This document shows, piece after piece, positions 45,801 through 49,815 of a stretch of 49,815 bases of DNA. A program made the translations under genes and the position numbers. Every line of letters begins with the position of its first letter. Position 1 is the first letter of the stretch. Under the pieces are notes generated by a model. The model had not been told where the DNA came from and ran no database searches. It saw nothing but the letters and a program-made list of their open reading frames with translations. The DNA comes from Proteromonas lacertae (lineage: Eukaryota): positions 1-49,815 of the forward strand of contig NGBS01000625.1 in the NCBI GenBank assembly GCA_002245135.1. Reading direction: 5' to 3'.

Positions 45801-48800
45801 ACATCTTTCAAATCTTTCAATTTATCATCTTCGATCTTTCGTAAGATTGATTCCACTTCTTTCGCATTTTGATCTTGTAATGCTTTAAATAGATCAGGAT
45901 TGTTATCTAATAACTCTTTATCTACATCACTTACCAAATCACTGTTCAAGTATCTCTTCAATTCATCTATTTCATTCTTCAATTTTTCTAATTCTTCTTC
46001 TTTTGAATTCTTCTCTCCTTCAACATTAGGAATCTTTTCGTCTTTCAACTCTTTTATTTCATTTAATAGTTTCACTATATTGTTGTAATCACTTTCTTTT
46101 ACATCTGAGTTTTCTTTTAAATTACTCAATAATTTTAATGGATTCTTATCTAATTCATTCTTTTCATCTAATAAACCATCTTTCTCTTTATTCAGATCAT
46201 TCAATTCATCTTCTAATTTCTTCAATTCATCTTCTACATCTTTCAAATCTTTCAATTTATCATCTTCGATCTTTCGTAAGATTGATTCCACTTCTTTCGC
46301 ATTTTGATCTTGTAATGCTTTAAATAGATCAGGATTGTTATCTAATAACTCTTTATCTACATCACTTACCAAATCACTGTTCAAGTATCTCTTCAATTCA
46401 TCTATTTCATTCTTCAATTTTTCTAATTCTTCTTCTTTTGAATTCTTCTCTCCTTCAACATTAGGAATCTTTTCGTCTTTCAACTCTTTTATTTCATTTA
46501 ATAGTTTCACTATATTGTTGTAATCACTTTCTTTTACATCTGAGTTTTCTTTTAAATTACTCAATAATTTTAATGGATTCTTATCTAATTCATTCTTTTC
46601 ATCTAATAAACCATCTTTCTCTTTATTCAGATCATTCAATTCATCTTCTAATTTCTTCAATTCATCTTCTACATCTTTCAAATCTTTCAATTTATCATCT
46701 TCGATCTTTCGTAAGATTGATTCCACTTCTTTCGCATTTTGATCTTGTAATGCTTTAAATAGATCAGGATTGTTATCTAATAACTCTTTATCTACATCAC
46801 TTACCAAATCACTGTTCAAGTATCTCTTCAATTCATCTATTTCATTCTTCAATTTTTCTAATTCTTCTTTTTGAATTCTTCTCTCCTTCAACATTAGGAA
46901 TCTTTTCGTCTTTCAACTCTTTTATTTCATTTAATAGTTTCACTATATTGTTGTAATCACTTTCTTTTACATCTGAGTTTTCTTTTAAATTACTCAATAA
47001 TTTTAATGGATTCTTATCTAATTCATTCTTTTCATCTAATAAACCATCTTTCTCTTTATTCAGATCATTCAATTCATCTTCTAATTTCTTCAATTCATCT
47101 TCTACATCTTTCAAATCTTTCAATTTATCATCTTCGATCTTTCGTAAGATTGATTCCACTTCTTTCGCATTTTGATCTTGTAATGCTTTAAATAGATCAG
47201 GATTGTTATCTAATAACTCTTTATCTACATCACTTACCAAATCACTGTTCAAGTATCTCTTCAATTCATCTATTTCATTCTTCAATTTTTCTAATTCTTC
47301 TTCTTTTGAATTCTTCTCTTCTTCAACATTAGGAATCTTTTCGTCTTTCAACTCTTTATTTCATTTAATAGTTTCACTATATTGTTGTAATCACTTTCTT
47401 TTACATCTGAGTTTTCTTTTAATTACTCAATAATTTTAAATGGATTCTTATCTAATTCATTCTTTTCATCTAATAAACCATCTTTCTCTTTATTCAGATC
47501 ATTCAATTCACCTTCTAATTTCTTCAATTCATCTTCTACATCTTTCAAATCTTTCAATTTATCATCTTCGATCTTTCGTAAGATTGATTCCACTTCTTTC
47601 GCATTTTGATCTTGTAATGCTTTAAATAGATCAGGATTGTTATCTAATAACTCTTTATCTACATCACTTACCAAATCACTGTTCAAGTATCTCTTCAATT
47701 CATCTATTTCATTCTTCAATTTTTCTAATTCTTCTTCTTTTGAATTCTTCTCTCCTTCAACATTAGGAATCTTTTCGTCTTTCAACTCTTTTATTTCATT
47801 TAATAGTTTCACTATATTGTTGTAATCACTTTTCTTTTACATCTGAGTTTTCTTTTAAATTACTCAATAATTTTAATGGATTCTTATCTAATTCATTCTT
47901 TTCATCTAATAAACCATCTTTCTCTTTATTCAGATCATTCAATTCATCTTCTAATTTCTTCAATTCATCTTCTACATCTTTCAAATCTTTCAATTTATCA
48001 TCTTCGATCTTTCGTAAGATTGATTCCACTTCTTTCGCATTTTGATCTTGTAATGCTTTAAATAGATCAGGATTGTTATCTAATAACTCTTTATCTACAT
48101 CACTTACCAAATCACTGTTCAAGTATCTCTTCAATTTCATCTATTTCATTCTTCAATTTTTCTAATTCTTCTTCTTTTGAATTCTTCTCTTCCTTCAACA
48201 TTAGGAATCTTTTCGTCTTTCAACTCTTTTATTTCATTTAATAGTTTCACTATATTGTTGTAATCACTTTCTTTTACATCTGAGTTTTCTTTTAAATTAC
48301 TCAATAATTTTAATGGATTCTTATCTAATTCATTCTTTTCATCTAATAAACCATCTTTCTCTTTATTCAGATCATTCAATTCACCTTCTAATTTCTTCAA
48401 TTCATCTTCTACATCTTTCAAATCTTTCAATTTATCATCTTCGATCTTTCGTAAGATTGATTCCACTTCTTTCGCATTTTGATCTTGTAATGCTTTAAAT
48501 AGATCAGGATTGTTATCTAATAACTCTTTATCTACATCACTTACCAAATCACTGTTCAAGTATCTCTTCAATTCATCTATTTCATTCTTCAATTTTTCTA
48601 ATTCTTCTTCTTTTGAATTCTTCTCTCCTTCAACATTAGGAATCTTTTCGTCTTTCAACTCTTTTATTTCATTTAATAGTTTCACTATATTGTTGTAATC
48701 ACTTTCTTTTACATCTGAGTTTTCTTTTAAATTACTCAATAATTTTAATGGATTCTTATCTAATTCATTCTTTTCATCTAATAAACCATCTTTCTCTTTA

Positions 48801-49815
48801 TTCAGATCATTCAATTCATCCTTCTAATTTCTTCAATTCATCTTCTACATCTTTCAAATCTTTCAATTTATCATCTTCGATCTTTCGTAAGATTGATTCC
48901 ACTTCTTTCGCATTTTGATCTTGTAATGCTTTAAATAGATCAGGATTGTTATCTAATAACTCTTTATCTACATCACTTACCAAATCACTGTTCAAGTATC
49001 TCTTCAATTCATCTATTTCATTCTTCAATTTTTCTAATTCTTCTTCTTTTGAATTCTTCTCTCCTTCAACATTAGGAATCTTTTCGTCTTTCAACTCTTT
49101 TATTTCATTTAATAGTTTCACTATATTGTTGTAATCACTTTTTTTACATCTGAGTTTTCTTTTAAATTACTCAATAATTTTAATGGATTCTTATCTAATT
49201 CATTCTTTTCATCTAATAAACCATCTTTCTCTTTATTCAGATCATTCAATTCACTTCTAATTTCTTCAATTCATCTTCTACATCTTTCAAATCTTTCAAT
49301 TTATCATCTTCGATCTTTCGTAAGATTGATTCCACTTCTTTCGCATTTTGATCTTGTAATGCTTTAAATAGATCAGGATTGTTATCTAATAACTCTTTAT
49401 CTACATCACTTACCAAATCACTGTTCAAGTATCTCTTCAATTCATCTATTTCATTCTTCAATTTTCTAATTCTTCTTCTTTTGAATTCTTCTCTTCTTCA
49501 ACATTAGGAATCTTTTCGTCTTTCAACTCTTTTATTTCATTTAATAGTTTCACTATATTGTTGTAATCACTTTCTTTTACATCTGAGTTTTCTTTTAAAT
49601 TACTCAATAATTTTAATGGATTCTTATCTAATTCATTCTTTTCATCTAATAAACCATCTTTCTCTTTATTCAGATCATTCAATTCATCTTCTAATTTCTT
49701 CAATTCATCTTCTACATCTTTCAAATCTTTCAATTTATCATCTTCGATCTTTCGTAAGATTGATTCACTTCTTTCGCATTTGATCTTGTAATGCTTTAAA
49801 TAGATCAGGATTGTT
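36858..49815 (-). CDS. Giant acidic coiled-coil protein (5' end outside the window; over 4300 codons here). Frame breaks above 44034 are probably assembly indels
   Basis: A 2391-aa uninterrupted ORF plus the same repeat continuing to the window end. The breaks are single-base indels, mostly in homopolymers. Confidence 0.8.
40459..49815 (-). repeat. Coding tandem repeat, 435-bp (145-aa) unit, about 21.5 copies
   Basis: Identical ORF features recur at 40487, 40922, 41357, 41792 and onward (spacing 435). The units are near-identical. Confidence 0.97.

Noticed and set aside
40487..49134. Many repeated plus-strand ORFs of 61-62 aa (MDSYLIHSF..., MLSNNSLST...)
   Set aside because: They are antisense shadows of the 435-bp coding repeat on the minus strand.
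44034..49815. Frameshifts in the repeat array as programmed frameshifting or separate genes
   Set aside because: They are scattered single-base indels, mostly in homopolymers, that accumulate toward the window end. This is typical of unpolished long-read consensus.
40459..49815. CRISPR-like array
   Set aside because: The units are contiguous 435-bp coding repeats with no unique spacers and no cas genes.

Overview
This is AT-rich eukaryotic DNA in the standard genetic code, with very short GT-AG introns (24-38 nt). An MKS1 gene points to a flagellated protist. An opalinatan stramenopile such as Proteromonas is plausible, but that is inference only. The window has four parts. (1) 1-4812 is a GC-richer (about 40% on spot counts), degenerate multi-ORF element of unknown type that ends in a perfect 34-bp-arm hairpin. 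(2) About 5766-22520 is a very compact, intron-poor island (about 20% GC) of 13 consecutive glycan-building genes: 2x GT31, a GT10 fucosyltransferase, 3x GT92 (one broken), a DUF1647-like protein, GT77, a GT11/23/37-like fucosyltransferase, GT15 and 3x AT3-SGNH O-acyltransferases. A second, inverted copy of the GC-richer element (22889-26055) brackets the island on the right. (3) About 26100-31450 is a transposon graveyard with two hAT elements whose 8-bp TSDs are intact. (4) 31662 to the end holds ordinary intron-rich host genes: MKS1, a tri-longin protein, a hypothetical protein, a small TPR protein and a PRL phosphatase. It also holds the 3' part of a giant coiled-coil gene with about 21 near-identical 435-bp repeats. 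The best candidate for an undescribed system is the operon-like eukaryotic surface-glycan synthesis and O-acetylation locus held between kb-scale inverted repeats.
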